NCBI GenBank assembly: GCA_963776345.1
Contig: CAVZMH010000002.1
Coordinates: 1 to 64,000, forward strand
Origin: an uncultured delta proteobacterium
GTDB lineage: Bacteria; Myxococcota; Myxococcia; Myxococcales; Myxococcaceae
Direction: 5' to 3'
Length of the DNA stretch: 64,000 bases
Both the position numbers and the translations under genes were made by a program. Of this stretch, positions 1 to 10,262 are shown in pieces. Position 1 is the stretch's first letter, and each line of letters starts with the position of its first letter. The notes below the pieces were generated by a model that was not told the DNA's origin, searched no databases, and saw nothing but the letters and a program-made list of their open reading frames with translations.

Positions 1-28
1 CCATGTCGTTGAATCGGACGACGGGCCC

Positions 29-1832
29 GTGGAGCTACGGGCAGACCCGGCAGTGCTCGCCCTGATTGCCGGGAGCTCACTCTTGAGCCATGACGGCGTC
101 GGTACAGCTGTGGTCCCGTGGAAGGTCCGCCAGGCCCTGGTCGCGGAGCTGCCACGATTCGATCTACACGTTTCCGCACTGATCGCGCTGCCACCGGCGA
201 CGCGCACCGGGCCCGCAACGGTTCCGCTGGAAGTCGTCGTGTGGTCGCGGGAGCCGCGGAAGCTGGTCTTCGTCGGCCGGCTTGCCGCACAGGGTGGCAA
301 TGCTGCGCTCCTCGAGAACCTGGCGGCGCGCAGGTCTGGTGACGCACCTGAGATCGGCCGACTCGTTTCCCTTGAGGGCTACTCTTCCTTTGATCGTGTT
401 GTCCTCGATGAGGAGCTGCGCCGCAGCGCGGATGAGTCCGACGGCAAGATTGTTGGCCTGGGCGAAATCGCGGTCGAAGCGAACCTCGGCAAGCGATCCG
501 AAGACGGCGGCTTTGAGCCGTTGCCGAACGCGATCTACTTGCCGCTGATAGGCGAGGGTCCAGTTCTGACGTCCGTCTCGGACCTTCGTATCAAGCCGCA
601 GAACTACGTCCAAGTCGTGCTCGATCCAGAGCGCGCCCTCGCCGAATATGCGGCTGGCTGGCTGGACTCCGAGCTAGGTCGCGTCGTTCGTCGTGCGGCA
701 ACGAGTGGCTTCATTCCGAAGCTTTCGAAAGGCAGCTTGGGACACGTTCTGCTGGTGGTGCCCGCGCTGGATGTCCAGGCCGAGACAGTGCGGGCCCACC
801 GTATGATCCTTGAGGTGGAGCAGCGACTGCTCGATTTGCGGCACGGTTTGTGGGAGCGGCCGGGAGCTACCGACGCCGTCAGACAGGAGCTTCGCGATCA
901 AAGCGAGGCAAGCTTCGACAGCTGGGTTGAGTCGCTGCCGTTTCCTATCGCATCGATCCTCAGGCGCTATGAGATCGATCTCACGGCAGAGCACAAGGTC
1001 GAGTACCTCCGTCGATGCTTCGAGGCCACAGCTCAGTTCGCTGCCATAGTGCTCCTGAGCGGATTCCAAGCTGATCCCGACTATTTCTCCCTAAATCGAG
1101 CGGAACTGATAGGCGCAGGATACGAGGCGCCAATGGTCGGCACGTTCGGCAGCTGGCTGCTGCTCGTCGAGCGTCTGGCGAAGCGTGTGCGTCGAATGCT
1201 CGACGGAGAGGACGAAGAAGCCAGGGACCTGTGCCTCGAGTTGTTCAAGGCAGATCGGCGCGGCCTCCTCGAGGCTGTCTGCTCCAAAGACCTCTCGCAC
1301 GTTGAGCGTCGCAAAGGGATACCGAGACAGGTGGGAAGGGCACGGCGGTGCAGCGAGCGAGGAGGAATGCGCACGCCGCTTGGTGCCTCTTGAGGCCGAG
1401 CTCGTGCGACTACGACGGGCCCTCGCGGAAGCGTTTGATGGTTGGACACTCGTGCAGCCCGGTCGATTCGAGTTGGAGCATGGCGTCTACGTCGGCGAAG
1501 TCGAGTGTCTCACCGGCAGCAACATCATGTTCAATTCGCGCACGGTCCGACTGGTGAGCGCGATGGACAAGGCATACCTGTATCTGGTCGATCTGAAGGC
1601 GGACTGGCCGAGGCCAATTCCGCTTGCGCCCCTCGTGCGGATGACAGCCGTGCCTCGAGCAGAGGACCGAGCCTGCTACTTCTATAGCCGAGTCCTCAGC
1701 GCAAGGACGTCCGAGATTCGCTGGATCTCGCATCACTTCACGCCAAAGCCGGAAGACGACTCCACCGACCCCGAGGTGGTCGATCTGATCCTCAGCCTCG
1801 GCACTGCCGGTAAGCGCACGTTCGACAAATAA
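29..1832 (+). pseudogene. Restriction-modification-associated protein (HsdS/TRD-like domain plus C-terminal helical domain), frameshifted near 1300; may begin upstream of the window
   Basis: ORF 29..1393 has a TRD-like segment (NYVQVVLDPERALAEYAAGWLDSELGR..SGFIPKLSKGSL..LLVVPALDVQ) and 'ESLPFPIASILRRY'. Sensible sequence continues in the frame of ORF 1185..1832 (YRDRWEGHGG...CYFYSR). Confidence 0.5.
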
Positions 1833-2048
1833 GGCAGCGTGGCGGTCGGGCGTGACGTCGGCATTGCGTCGGAATGCTGGGCTAGCTGCCTGCTGCGGGC
1901 GGCTTTCTGAGCGTCCGTGACGTCTTCAAGACCTGTGCGCCCAACGGCATGTCAGACGACTCGGCAGGTGTCAGCCTCAAGCTCGGTGGATCTGTGGACG
2001 GAGGTGTTCGAATTGCAGCTACTCCGAGCTGTGCGAAACTGACAAGCG

Positions 2049-3378
2049 GTGCCCGTGGCAGAAGGGGCGTCTGACCACGGTGAGTGGTCGCAGGCATTGC
2101 TGACCGAAGGGAGCGGAGTGGGCGTTCTGCGGTTCTTCAAAGCACGAAAGCCGAATCCCGAAGAGACAACCCCGACGTCTGAGCTGCCTAAGGCCGCGGC
2201 GGGGCGCCATAGCGAAGAGTCCGTAGCTCCAGCGCGAGCAGCCGGTGCCAGCGCGGAGTCTACTTCAAGCACCGACTACAACCATCGACTAGCCACGGCT
2301 GAGCATGGCGGGCTTCGTACTCGGTCTGGAAGTGTCTATGACCAGCGAGACGAGCATCTTCACTACATTTACGCCAAGCCGCACTACGCGCAGAACCAGC
2401 AGATCCTTGGCTGGTGGACCGACGCACATGACGGACTGCTAGCTCGGCAGATCGCCAAGTGGCAGTGGTGCTGGCCCTACGACATTCGCACGGAGGTCGA
2501 GAAGATAACGCCGAAGGACGTGCTAGAGAGTTGGAAGAAGTCGGACTCAAGGTGCAAGCAACACGCCTGGTACAACGTCCTCATGTACTTCTGCGTTGCG
2601 CGAGCCGACGAGCTGCTGCTCACTGATGCCATCCGTGAGCCTCATGAGAAGAACTGCCTCGTGTGCGGCGAGCTCTTCCTGGAGGATTCGGTGCCATTTC
2701 CCTCTGGTGAAGCGCTTTGGCATTGACCATGTCGACTTCTGCGCGCCATGCGTCTCGAGTGCTCATCTCTTTCCGGGGCAAGGCAACAACGAGATGGCCG
2801 CCGAGGAGATACTTGAGTATCTTCGTGGCCTATCGGGTCTCCTCGGCGCGGTCCCTCCCCAGACCGCAGCCGACAATCTCGAGATTCTGGCGATTGCTGA
2901 GCCTGGTCGGCGGGTCGAGCTTCTTGAGCTGCTCAGGGAGTCGCCGAGCTCCGCAAGGGTCAAGTCCGTCTTTGGGACTTGGTTCGAAGCGCTACTCGCC
3001 GCTGGCTTGCTGGAGGACGGCACCCGACGGAATGCTCGCGGCATTCAGACCCTCGCCCGTGACGGCCATATGTGCTTCTCGCTCGGCGAGAAGACGATTG
3101 ACGACTGGCTATACGAAAACGGCATTCCCCACGAGAGGGAGCCCGCATACCCGGAGGGCAACTACCGTGCAGACTGGCTGGTCGGAGACGTATTCGTCGA
3201 GTACTTCGGCCTGACGGGAGACGCCGCATACGATGCGAAGGCCGAGGAGAAGAAGCGCATCTGCAAGCGACACAACGTCAAGCTGGTGGCGATCTTCCCG
3301 AAGGATCTTGCCAGTTGGTCGGCGCGAGGCCGGAAGCTGGAAGGGCTGCTCACGTATCGGGAGACGGAGTCGCGGTAG
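2049..3378 (+). pseudogene. Homing-endonuclease-associated-repeat + PD-(D/E)XK nuclease-like protein, frameshifted near 2700
   Basis: ORF 2049..2726 ends after CLVC and ORF 2596..3378 supplies the partner CAPC. It then has SSARVKSVFGTWFEALLAAGL (HNH-associated repeat-like) and SLGEKTIDDWLYENGIPHEREPAYP..YRADWLVGDVFVEYFG (PD-(D/E)XK-like). Confidence 0.55.
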
Positions 3379-4007
3379 CTCGCCCAGCGGCCGCCCAGCC
3401 AAAGAGCCTCTGGCCGCACCAACATCACCTCTCTTGGCCGCCGACTCCTTTGTCTCGGACAGCGCTTCTGAACCCGGTGCTTCGCCGAGCGCGCTCCTTG
3501 GCCCGTTCTCATGCGAGCGGCTACTCCCACTTGGCCCACGACCCACGTCACCCGGTTCCGCCTCGGTCGGCAGCGCTCCCACGCGGCGAACCCGCGAGAG
3601 GGGTTGACACGCCGCGGCATGGAGCAAGGGCGACGTTACCGAGACCCGCTGCATCGGCGTCGGCTGACCCCGGAGCTGTTCAAGGGCCGGCGGGCGCCGC
3701 ATGTGCTGAATGACACGCCCGTCGGTGCATTGGCGGCAGACGCTAGGACCACGCTGCACCTTGCGTGGTCTTCGGCGTCGCGCAGGTCTCCAAGACCTCC
3801 AGCGCCTCGACGATAGAGGATCTGCGCCGTGGTGCTTTTCTGTGACACCTCCTTAGCCGCGGCGACCTTTGTCCTCAAGGGCGATCTGCTATTGACCGAT
3901 GCTCGCTGATGGCAAGGTCGCCACGATTCCGAGAGAGAACCCGGGGCCTTGTCCCGGCGACCAGCCCGATGTTCGATTGACTCGCGAAGCGTCTGGAGGG
4001 GGCGACT

Positions 4008-4625
4008 TTGGCTGACTCATTCGCTCCTCCGTGCCTCGAAGAGAAGCTAACCCACATCGTTGTGGAGTGCGTCGCGGTGATGGACGACTCCGGAGTCTGC
4101 GTGGGCAAAGCGAAGATCGCTGACATTCTTCGCGGCAAGCCGTCTCGCTTTGTCTTGGAGAACGGCTACGACGTGAACCCGGCATTCGGACGCCTCAAGT
4201 TCATGCGCTCCCCCGACATTCGGTTCGTGATTGACGGACTGGTGGAGGATCGGCTGCTGGAGATCGCGTTCGTTGACGACAACCGCGAGCGGCCGGTGCT
4301 CAGAGTCGCGCCCAGTGGACGGCTGGAGTTGGCTGGCCGCAACCCGCATCGGGCACGGCTCCCCTGGAATATGGATCAGAGGGATTGCCCGGATACGACC
4401 AGGAGCTCCTTCGCGACCTCTGCGAGCTCAGACGGCGGTGGCCTCGAGGAGGGACTCAGGCCGTACCAGATCGCCTACGATTCCACGCTGTTCGCGACGG
4501 CTACAGCCCAGCCGCAGTCGATCGAAGAGCTGGAGGCCGTTCCCGGGTGGGGGCCTGTGAAGTGCGAACGCTACGGCGAGGCTTTCCTGGCGCTACTTCG
4601 CTCGTCGCGCAGTCGCCCAGAGTGA
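4008..4625 (+). pseudogene. RQC + HRDC domain protein (RecQ C-terminus-like, no helicase core), two compensating frameshifts at about 4380 and 4440
   Basis: GKAKIADILRG..FGRL..I..L...RPVLRV is RQC-like and PYQIAYDSTL..PQSIEELEAVPGWGPVKCERYGEAFL is HRDC-like. The first HRDC helix (YDQELLRDLCELRRR) is in another frame (ORF 4385). Confidence 0.6.
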
Positions 4626-4727
4626 ATGAGAGAGAGGCATTGCCGCGACCACGGCGGCATAGGGCTCGGATGGCGCCGTCACATCGTGCAAGCCTGCGTT
4701 GTGGCGGACCAATGACTAGGGGGGCGT

Positions 4728-5410
4728 GTGTCGAGACTACTGACGCAAGAGCAAGCGGCAAGGGCGATCTACTTCGACTTCGAGGGGTGCGTCGGAGAGG
4801 CACCGTCGTTGCTGGGCTGGTCATTCGAGCTCGACGACGGCGCTGAGCAGTTCTCTCAGTGGATCGTCGAGGGCGCCCTGCAAAGCGCCGCGCGGACGGT
4901 GCCGCACACCGGCGGCGCGGTGAGATGCGGACAGTGCACGTTGGACCAGGCGGTCGACTACTTGGTCACCTTCGCCGAGGGCTACGACCGACAGATCGTC
5001 TCCTGGGCGCGCTTCGACCTGAACCAGATCGAGAGCCACGTGGATGACCCCGCGCTGTTCGAGCGTGCGCAGGCGCGATTCATGAATGCCCTGCCGACCG
5101 CGAGGAAGTGGCAGCGGGACTCTATCCCGAGGAGGTTCTCGAGAGGACCTGGGGTGGGAAGCACAAGCTCGCCGCGTACTGCGAGCTCATGGATATCCAC
5201 GTGCCGGAGAAGTACGGACAGAACGTCGCGGCCAGGGGCATCAAGGCGATGCGCGAAGCCATTGAAGAGTACGGCAGCTACTCGGCGATTCCGGCCGAGG
5301 GCAAAGCGGCGAAGGAAGCCTGGAAGGCAGTCCTCGGTCACAACCGGCTCGACTGCAAGAACGCCCGAGAAGTGGTGACCCGCGCCGCCAGCGAGTGCTC
5401 GGCGACCTAG
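4728..5410 (+). pseudogene. RNase H-fold (DEDD-like) nuclease-like protein, frameshifted near 5115
   Basis: The AIYFDFEG motif is in ORF 4728. The C-terminal part (KHKLAAYCELM...VLGHNRLDC) is in ORF 5108..5410. Confidence 0.4.
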
Positions 5411-5680
5411 CCGAGAACCGCTAGGTCGCTCGTCATCGGATTCGGCCGCAAAGGCACACGCCGTCTGTCAGGTCGGGATTCTTTAGGAACGCAAGCCAGC
5501 GAGCCGATACAATCCGCAAGAGGGAGAGACGGGGTACGGGGGCGGCACACAGTGAGCGGCGTCGAGGGGAACAGGACTTGGGATCGCGCGTCGTGCGATG
5601 AGGCGGCGCAGCGGGCGAAGAGCCACGATCCCGGGGAGCGCTGGGCGGCGGTCTTGGCGCTCCGCGACATTGGCCGGCCC

Positions 5681-6115
5681 AGCGTGTTCGCCATTCACGT
5701 CCCGCCGCTGCGCGAGCGGGCGGAGGACGTCCTCCCACTGGCGGAGCAGCTGCTCTCGGAGCTGGGGCAGGAGCTGGGGCGCAAGGGGTTCCGGCTGGGC
5801 GAGCAGGCACGAGCCCGGCTCCAGAACTACCCCTTCCCGGGGAACGTGCGCGAGCTGCGGAACGTGCTCGAGCGGGCGCTGGTGCTGGAGCCGGGGCCGG
5901 AGCTGACGCTCTCGGTGCTCCAGACGCTGCGCGAGCCGGTGGAGGGCTCGGCGCCGGCGGGCAGCTTCGTGGTGACCGGGGACCCGCGGCCGCTGGAGGA
6001 GATCGAGAAGCGGTACGTCCGGCACGTCCTCGGCCAGCTCGGCGGGCGGCGGGTGGAGGCGGCGAAGGTGCTGGGGCTCAGCTACCCGACGTTCCTCAAG
6101 CGGCTCGAGGACTGA
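5681..6115 (+). pseudogene. C-terminal fragment of a sigma54-dependent (NtrC-family) activator
   Basis: SVFAIHVPPLRERAEDV..YPFPGNVRELRNVLERA..AAKVLGLSYPTFLKRL (AAA+ lid and Fis HTH). No Walker A, GAFTGA or Walker B motif is present upstream. Confidence 0.8.
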
Positions 6116-6128
6116 GCGGGCGCCCGGG

Positions 6129-9100
6129 TCAGTGCCCGGAACGCCGCCGCCGCAGCGAGAGCGCGAGCGCGGCCAGCACGAACGGCGCGAGCCCGGCGAC
6201 CGGAGCACCAGGCACCCCGCACCCGGCAGCGCCGGACCGCGTCGTCGTCGGCACGGAGAGCGCGCTGCTCCTCGTGGCGACGGCACGGGCGCTCGGGTCG
6301 CCCAGGAGATGGAAGGTCGCCCGGACGTCCGGGTCGGTGACGGCCTGCTTGGCGGCGAGGGTCGCGTCGCCCAGCGTCTTGCCGTCGTCGAGCGCGGCCG
6401 AGAGGAGCGCCCTGCTCAGCGTGGCGTGCTCGGTGGGCAGGGTCAGCGCCGAGGAGGCCCAAACGCCCCAGGCCCCGCCCTCGGGCGTGCGCAGCAGCGC
6501 CGCACCCAGGCTCTCTCTGCCGATGTCGATGAAGTAGGCGTTCAGGCAGGTCGCTGCGACGACGAGCGAGGCGCGGCCGGTGCCCGCGAGGGCATCCACG
6601 TCGGCCGTGGAGAGCATGCGCCCGTTCCAGAAATCCTCCGCCCCGTGCCCTTGGTAGTCGACGGCGATGGGTCCGGCGCGCAGCGCGTCGATCAGCGCGG
6701 CGTGGGTGACGGCATCGTCCATGCCCCGGACGAGCGCCTGCGTCGTCCAGCCGCTCAGCGCCGAGCGGACCTCGGCGGTCGCCGCCGAGAACTGGATGTT
6801 CCCGTCGCGGTCGCTGACCAGGAGAAGCCCGTCGTCGTGGCCCGGGAGGCGCCGTCCGAGGATCTTCGCCACCACCGCGTCCATCCGCTCCGGGGTCGAC
6901 ACGGGGAGGCGGCCGATGGCGACGCCGGGAAGGTCGACCAGGGCATCGTCGGAGGCGGTCTCGAGGTAGTGGGTCGGGACGAGGATGGTCGGCACCTGGT
7001 CGAGCTCCGGGTGGCCGAGCCAGCCGCGGGGGTCGTAGGTGGCCGCGCCGGCCAGCAGGACGAAGTGGGGCGTCGTGGACCAGCTGCGGACGGCGGCGGT
7101 GAGGAAGCTGCGGAGGGCCGTGGCGTCCTTCTCCCCGGCGGAGAACTCGTCGTAGACGTCCTCGATGTCGACCAGGGCCACGGTGAGCCCCTCGCGGGTG
7201 CGCTGGTCGGCCAGCGCGCGCAGGCTGGGGAGCAGCGCGCCGGTCCCGACGATGACTAGGTCAGCCCCTTGGGCCGAGTGCCAGCTGCTCGGGGCATTGG
7301 CGACGACGGTGGGCGCGAGCACGTCCTGGTCGCGGTAGGCGTAGAGGATGCGGGTCCCGCTCCCCGCGGCGGTCAGGCTCGCGCCACCGGGCGAGGCGGC
7401 GGTGACCACCGCGGCGGGGCTCAGGGCGCTGGTGATGTCGAGGACGTGCGCCCCCGGGGCGTCGGCGCCGGTCAGCTCGAGCTGTGCCCCGGCCGGGGCG
7501 GTGAAGCGGAGCGGTCCACCGAACGCGTACTGGCGGGGGTAGGTGAGTCGCTGCGAGAGCTCGAGGGCGATCTCGCTCGAGGTGCGCCCTACCAGCGACA
7601 CCGTGTTGTCCCCCGGGAGGAGCGTGCCGGGTGGAAGCGTGAAGCGCGCCGTGGCGACGTCCTGGTAGCTGCCCTCGACGGTGCCCACCCCGACGCCGTT
7701 GACCAGGACGTCCAGCGTGTGTGCGCCGGCGGTGAGACCCTGGATGCTCACCTCGAGCGTCGCGGCCTCCGGGGAGAGGAGGTCGAACGCCGGCGTGGAG
7801 AAGATGCGGTCCATCGGCTTGGTGCCGATAATCGGTGGACCGAAGAAGCCGTCCGTGTCGGGGTTGAAGAGCGCGGAGACGTGGAGCGTCCGGTCACGGA
7901 CCTCGAGCGTCTCTAGAAAGCTCGTGGCCGAGCTGGTGGCGTCCATGGCCGGTGCCGAGTGGATGAGGCTCGCGGCGCCGAGACCGTGCGTCACCCAGTA
8001 CGCCCGCGTGTCGGTGTAGCGGGTGTCGGCCGCCTGGCCGAAGAACTCGAGCGCGTCTCCGGGCTGTAGAGTGTTCCCTTCCGCCGAGAGCGCACGGAAG
8101 GCGATGGCACGGCCACCCGCCCAGAGCGCGAGCGAGGTGAGCGGCGTGCCCACCGGAAGCCCGGCCGCGAAGAGCTGGTCCGCAGGCACCCGGTACACCC
8201 CATCCTGCCGGACGAGGAGCTTGACCGCCCCGCTGCTGGCGGCGATCTCCCACTGCCGGACGAGGGTGGGGTCGCGCCACGCGCGGTCGAGCCCCGGGGG
8301 ATCTGCTGGATGGCCGGCGGAACCACCCTGGGCGACGAGGAGCGGGCTCGATCCGAGGGTGGCGACCAGCGCGGAGGACCGGAGACCCGAAAACGTGCCA
8401 CCGCGGGTCTGGACCGGACCGAACCACTGGCTCTGGCCCTTCAGGTCGATGGCCTCGATCCAGTAGCGCGCGCCGCTGCGCCGGCCCGGGTCGACGTAGG
8501 AGTAGTTCCGGCCGGCGACCGGGTCGAACCCGGCCCGGAGCGCCGAGCCGGCGATGAGGTCGCTCACCTCACGGCGCTGGCCGTTCTCCTCCCGGTAGAC
8601 GCGGTACCCCAGGTTCCGGATCTCCGTTCCGGCCTCCCAGGAGACCTCGGTGGCGCCGCCGCCGCTCACGGCGTCGAGCTTCACCAGCTCGACTGCGGTG
8701 GCGGGGGGGCCGACCTTGAGAAGCACGCTGCCGGCGCTCACTTGGTAGTCGTAGGAGAAGCCGGCGGGAGCGGTGCCCAGCGTCAGGGCGCTGTTGGTGA
8801 TGGCACCGGTGGCCGTGAACAGGGTGTACGTTCCCTGAGCAAACCCGGGACCGGCAGTGATGTTGAGGACGCCATTGAGCGTCAGTGCTCCGGTCACGGC
8901 ACCGCGGGTCGTGCTCGTCCCGACCGTGAAGTTCAGGACGGCGGTGTTGTTGAGATTGAGCGCGTTGGTGCTCAGGGTCCCGGTGCCGCCGGAGCCCGGG
9001 GTGTAGGAGGCGCCGGCGGCGACCGTGATCGACGCTGGGAGCGCGCCAGACCCGGAGAGCGTTCCTCCGTTGACCGCGACGGCAGCCTCCGTCGTCCCCG

Positions 9101-9686
9101 CCGCGTAGGTTCCGCGGAAGCTCAGCTGACCGGCGTTGATGGTGAACCCGCCGGTGTGCGTGCTCCCGGTTCCGGAGAAGGTGACATCGCCGGTGCCCGT
9201 CTTGGTCAACCGCCCGCCGAAGGCCATGGGCCGGGCGACCGTGTTCCCTGTCGAGCTGACCAGCCACGTTTGGTTGGCGCTGATCCGGAGCGTCCCGCCG
9301 GCGCCTCCGAAGCTGAACGTTCCATCCGCATTGACGCCATTGGTGATCCGGAAGTTGCCCGTCCCGGCGACACCGCTGATGGTCAGATTCACCCCAGCGA
9401 GTACGTAGATGGCACCAACGTTGGTGTTCCCGTTGGGGAGCACCGGCGTGGGATTCCCCGTGGTGAAGCACGCGTTGGCGAGGAAGCCCGGGGCTCCGGC
9501 GGGATTCCAGTTCGCGCCGCTGTTCCAGGCGCCGTTGACCGGCCCGATCCAAGTCTTCGCCCCACCGGGACACGTGACCTGCGCCGCCGCCGGAACGCCG
9601 GCGAGCAAGAGCACCAAAAGGCCGAGCCGCCTGAGCGTCGACGCGCTCGCGTTACGACTCCCGATCGCCAGCAGCACGTGGGTCAT
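6129..9686 (-). CDS. C25 (gingipain-family) cysteine peptidase with N-terminal autotransporter-like beta-strand passenger and C-terminal MYXO-CTERM-like anchor (copy B)
   Basis: Signal peptide and LTKTGTG repeat. C25 motifs: VDIEDVYDEFSAG, FVLLAG..YDP, IGRLPV, YQGHG (His), ATCLNAYF (Cys), FHLLGDP. Tail GCG..LAPFVLAALALSLRRRR. Its ATG overlaps the upstream stop (ATGA). Confidence 0.85.
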   Translation of the reverse strand: MTHVLLAIGSRNASASTLRRLGLLVLLLAGVPAAAQVTCPGGAKTWIGPVNGAWNSGANWNPAGAPGFLANACFTTGNPTPVLPNGNTNVGAIYVLAGVNLTISGVAGTGNFRITNGVNADGTFSFGGAGGTLRISANQTWLVSSTGNTVARPMAFGGRLTKTGTGDVTFSGTGSTHTGGFTINAGQLSFRGTYAAGTTEAAVAVNGGTLSGSGALPASITVAAGASYTPGSGGTGTLSTNALNLNNTAVLNFTVGTSTTRGAVTGALTLNGVLNITAGPGFAQGTYTLFTATGAITNSALTLGTAPAGFSYDYQVSAGSVLLKVGPPATAVELVKLDAVSGGGATEVSWEAGTEIRNLGYRVYREENGQRREVSDLIAGSALRAGFDPVAGRNYSYVDPGRRSGARYWIEAIDLKGQSQWFGPVQTRGGTFSGLRSSALVATLGSSPLLVAQGGSAGHPADPPGLDRAWRDPTLVRQWEIAASSGAVKLLVRQDGVYRVPADQLFAAGLPVGTPLTSLALWAGGRAIAFRALSAEGNTLQPGDALEFFGQAADTRYTDTRAYWVTHGLGAASLIHSAPAMDATSSATSFLETLEVRDRTLHVSALFNPDTDGFFGPPIIGTKPMDRIFSTPAFDLLSPEAATLEVSIQGLTAGAHTLDVLVNGVGVGTVEGSYQDVATARFTLPPGTLLPGDNTVSLVGRTSSEIALELSQRLTYPRQYAFGGPLRFTAPAGAQLELTGADAPGAHVLDITSALSPAAVVTAASPGGASLTAAGSGTRILYAYRDQDVLAPTVVANAPSSWHSAQGADLVIVGTGALLPSLRALADQRTREGLTVALVDIEDVYDEFSAGEKDATALRSFLTAAVRSWSTTPHFVLLAGAATYDPRGWLGHPELDQVPTILVPTHYLETASDDALVDLPGVAIGRLPVSTPERMDAVVAKILGRRLPGHDDGLLLVSDRDGNIQFSAATAEVRSALSGWTTQALVRGMDDAVTHAALIDALRAGPIAVDYQGHGAEDFWNGRMLSTADVDALAGTGRASLVVAATCLNAYFIDIGRESLGAALLRTPEGGAWGVWASSALTLPTEHATLSRALLSAALDDGKTLGDATLAAKQAVTDPDVRATFHLLGDPSARAVATRSSALSVPTTTRSGAAGCGVPGAPVAGLAPFVLAALALSLRRRRSGH

Positions 9687-10150
9687 CCGCAGGTCCCGCC
9701 GTTCTCGTTGCAGCTGCCCGCGCAGCACGGGTTCGTGGGCGAGCAGGCTGTGCCAGTTGGCAGCCCCACCGTGCAGGCCGACGCTGCCTCTGCGGCCCGC
9801 GGGACGGTGATCGCCAGGATCAGCGGGATCGCCACCAGGCCGGCACGGACCAGCCTCCTCCGCGACAGGTCGACGCCTCGCGGCAGGTCAACTGGGACGG
9901 CGTCCAGAAGCCCCGCTTCGCCCATCTCGCGAAGCGTTCCGTTCACCAGCTCCGCCTCGAGCGCCGCATGGCGCGCGATCGCCCTGACGTCACGCGTGCC
10001 GTCGATCGCTTCCCACACCCGCGCCGCCGCCGCGTTCAGACAGAACGCCCGGTGCGTCGCCTCGACGTAGAGCAGCGTCTCGCCGTCGAGCTCTTCGGAG
10101 ATGAGCCCATTCGCCCGGCGCCGGGGGACGAAGCCGCTGGAGTGAGCCAC
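9683..10150 (-). CDS. PqqD/RRE-domain protein fused to twin-Arg-like leader and Cys6 core peptide (copy B, 155 aa)
   Basis: EELDGETLLY..AFCLNAAAARVWEAIDG is RRE/PqqD-like. It is followed by SRRRLVRAGLVAIPLILAITVPRAAEAAS and the core ACTVGLPTGTACSPTNPCCAGSCNENGGTCG. The GTG start gives the same length as the paralog. Confidence 0.85.
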   Translation of the reverse strand: MAHSSGFVPRRRANGLISEELDGETLLYVEATHRAFCLNAAAARVWEAIDGTRDVRAIARHAALEAELVNGTLREMGEAGLLDAVPVDLPRGVDLSRRRLVRAGLVAIPLILAITVPRAAEAASACTVGLPTGTACSPTNPCCAGSCNENGGTCG

Positions 10151-10156
10151 ACCGAG

Positions 10157-10162
10157 AGGATA
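10157..10162 (-). promoter_or_regulatory. Putative -10 box (TGGTATCCT) 6 nt before the GTG start: leaderless promoter candidate
   Basis: TATCCT-ctcggt-GTG with no obvious Shine-Dalgarno; the same geometry occurs at the paralog. Confidence 0.4.
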
Positions 10163-10262
10163 CCACCGCTCTCCCACCCGTCCGCTTCTGCGACCAGCGC
10201 GGCAAGGGAGCGCCCCGCTCTGCCGATGTGGGAGAGCAGCGCGGGGCCGCTCACTCGGTAGG

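Noticed and set aside
1..5700. Defined prophage, IS or integrative element
   Set aside because: No integrase, transposase, terminal repeats or tRNA were recognised within the window.
9683..9685. Selenocysteine readthrough at the precursor TGA (..TCG-TGA), also at 15880
   Set aside because: The TGA is part of an ATGA overlap with the next gene, and sequence similarity between the paralogs ends there.
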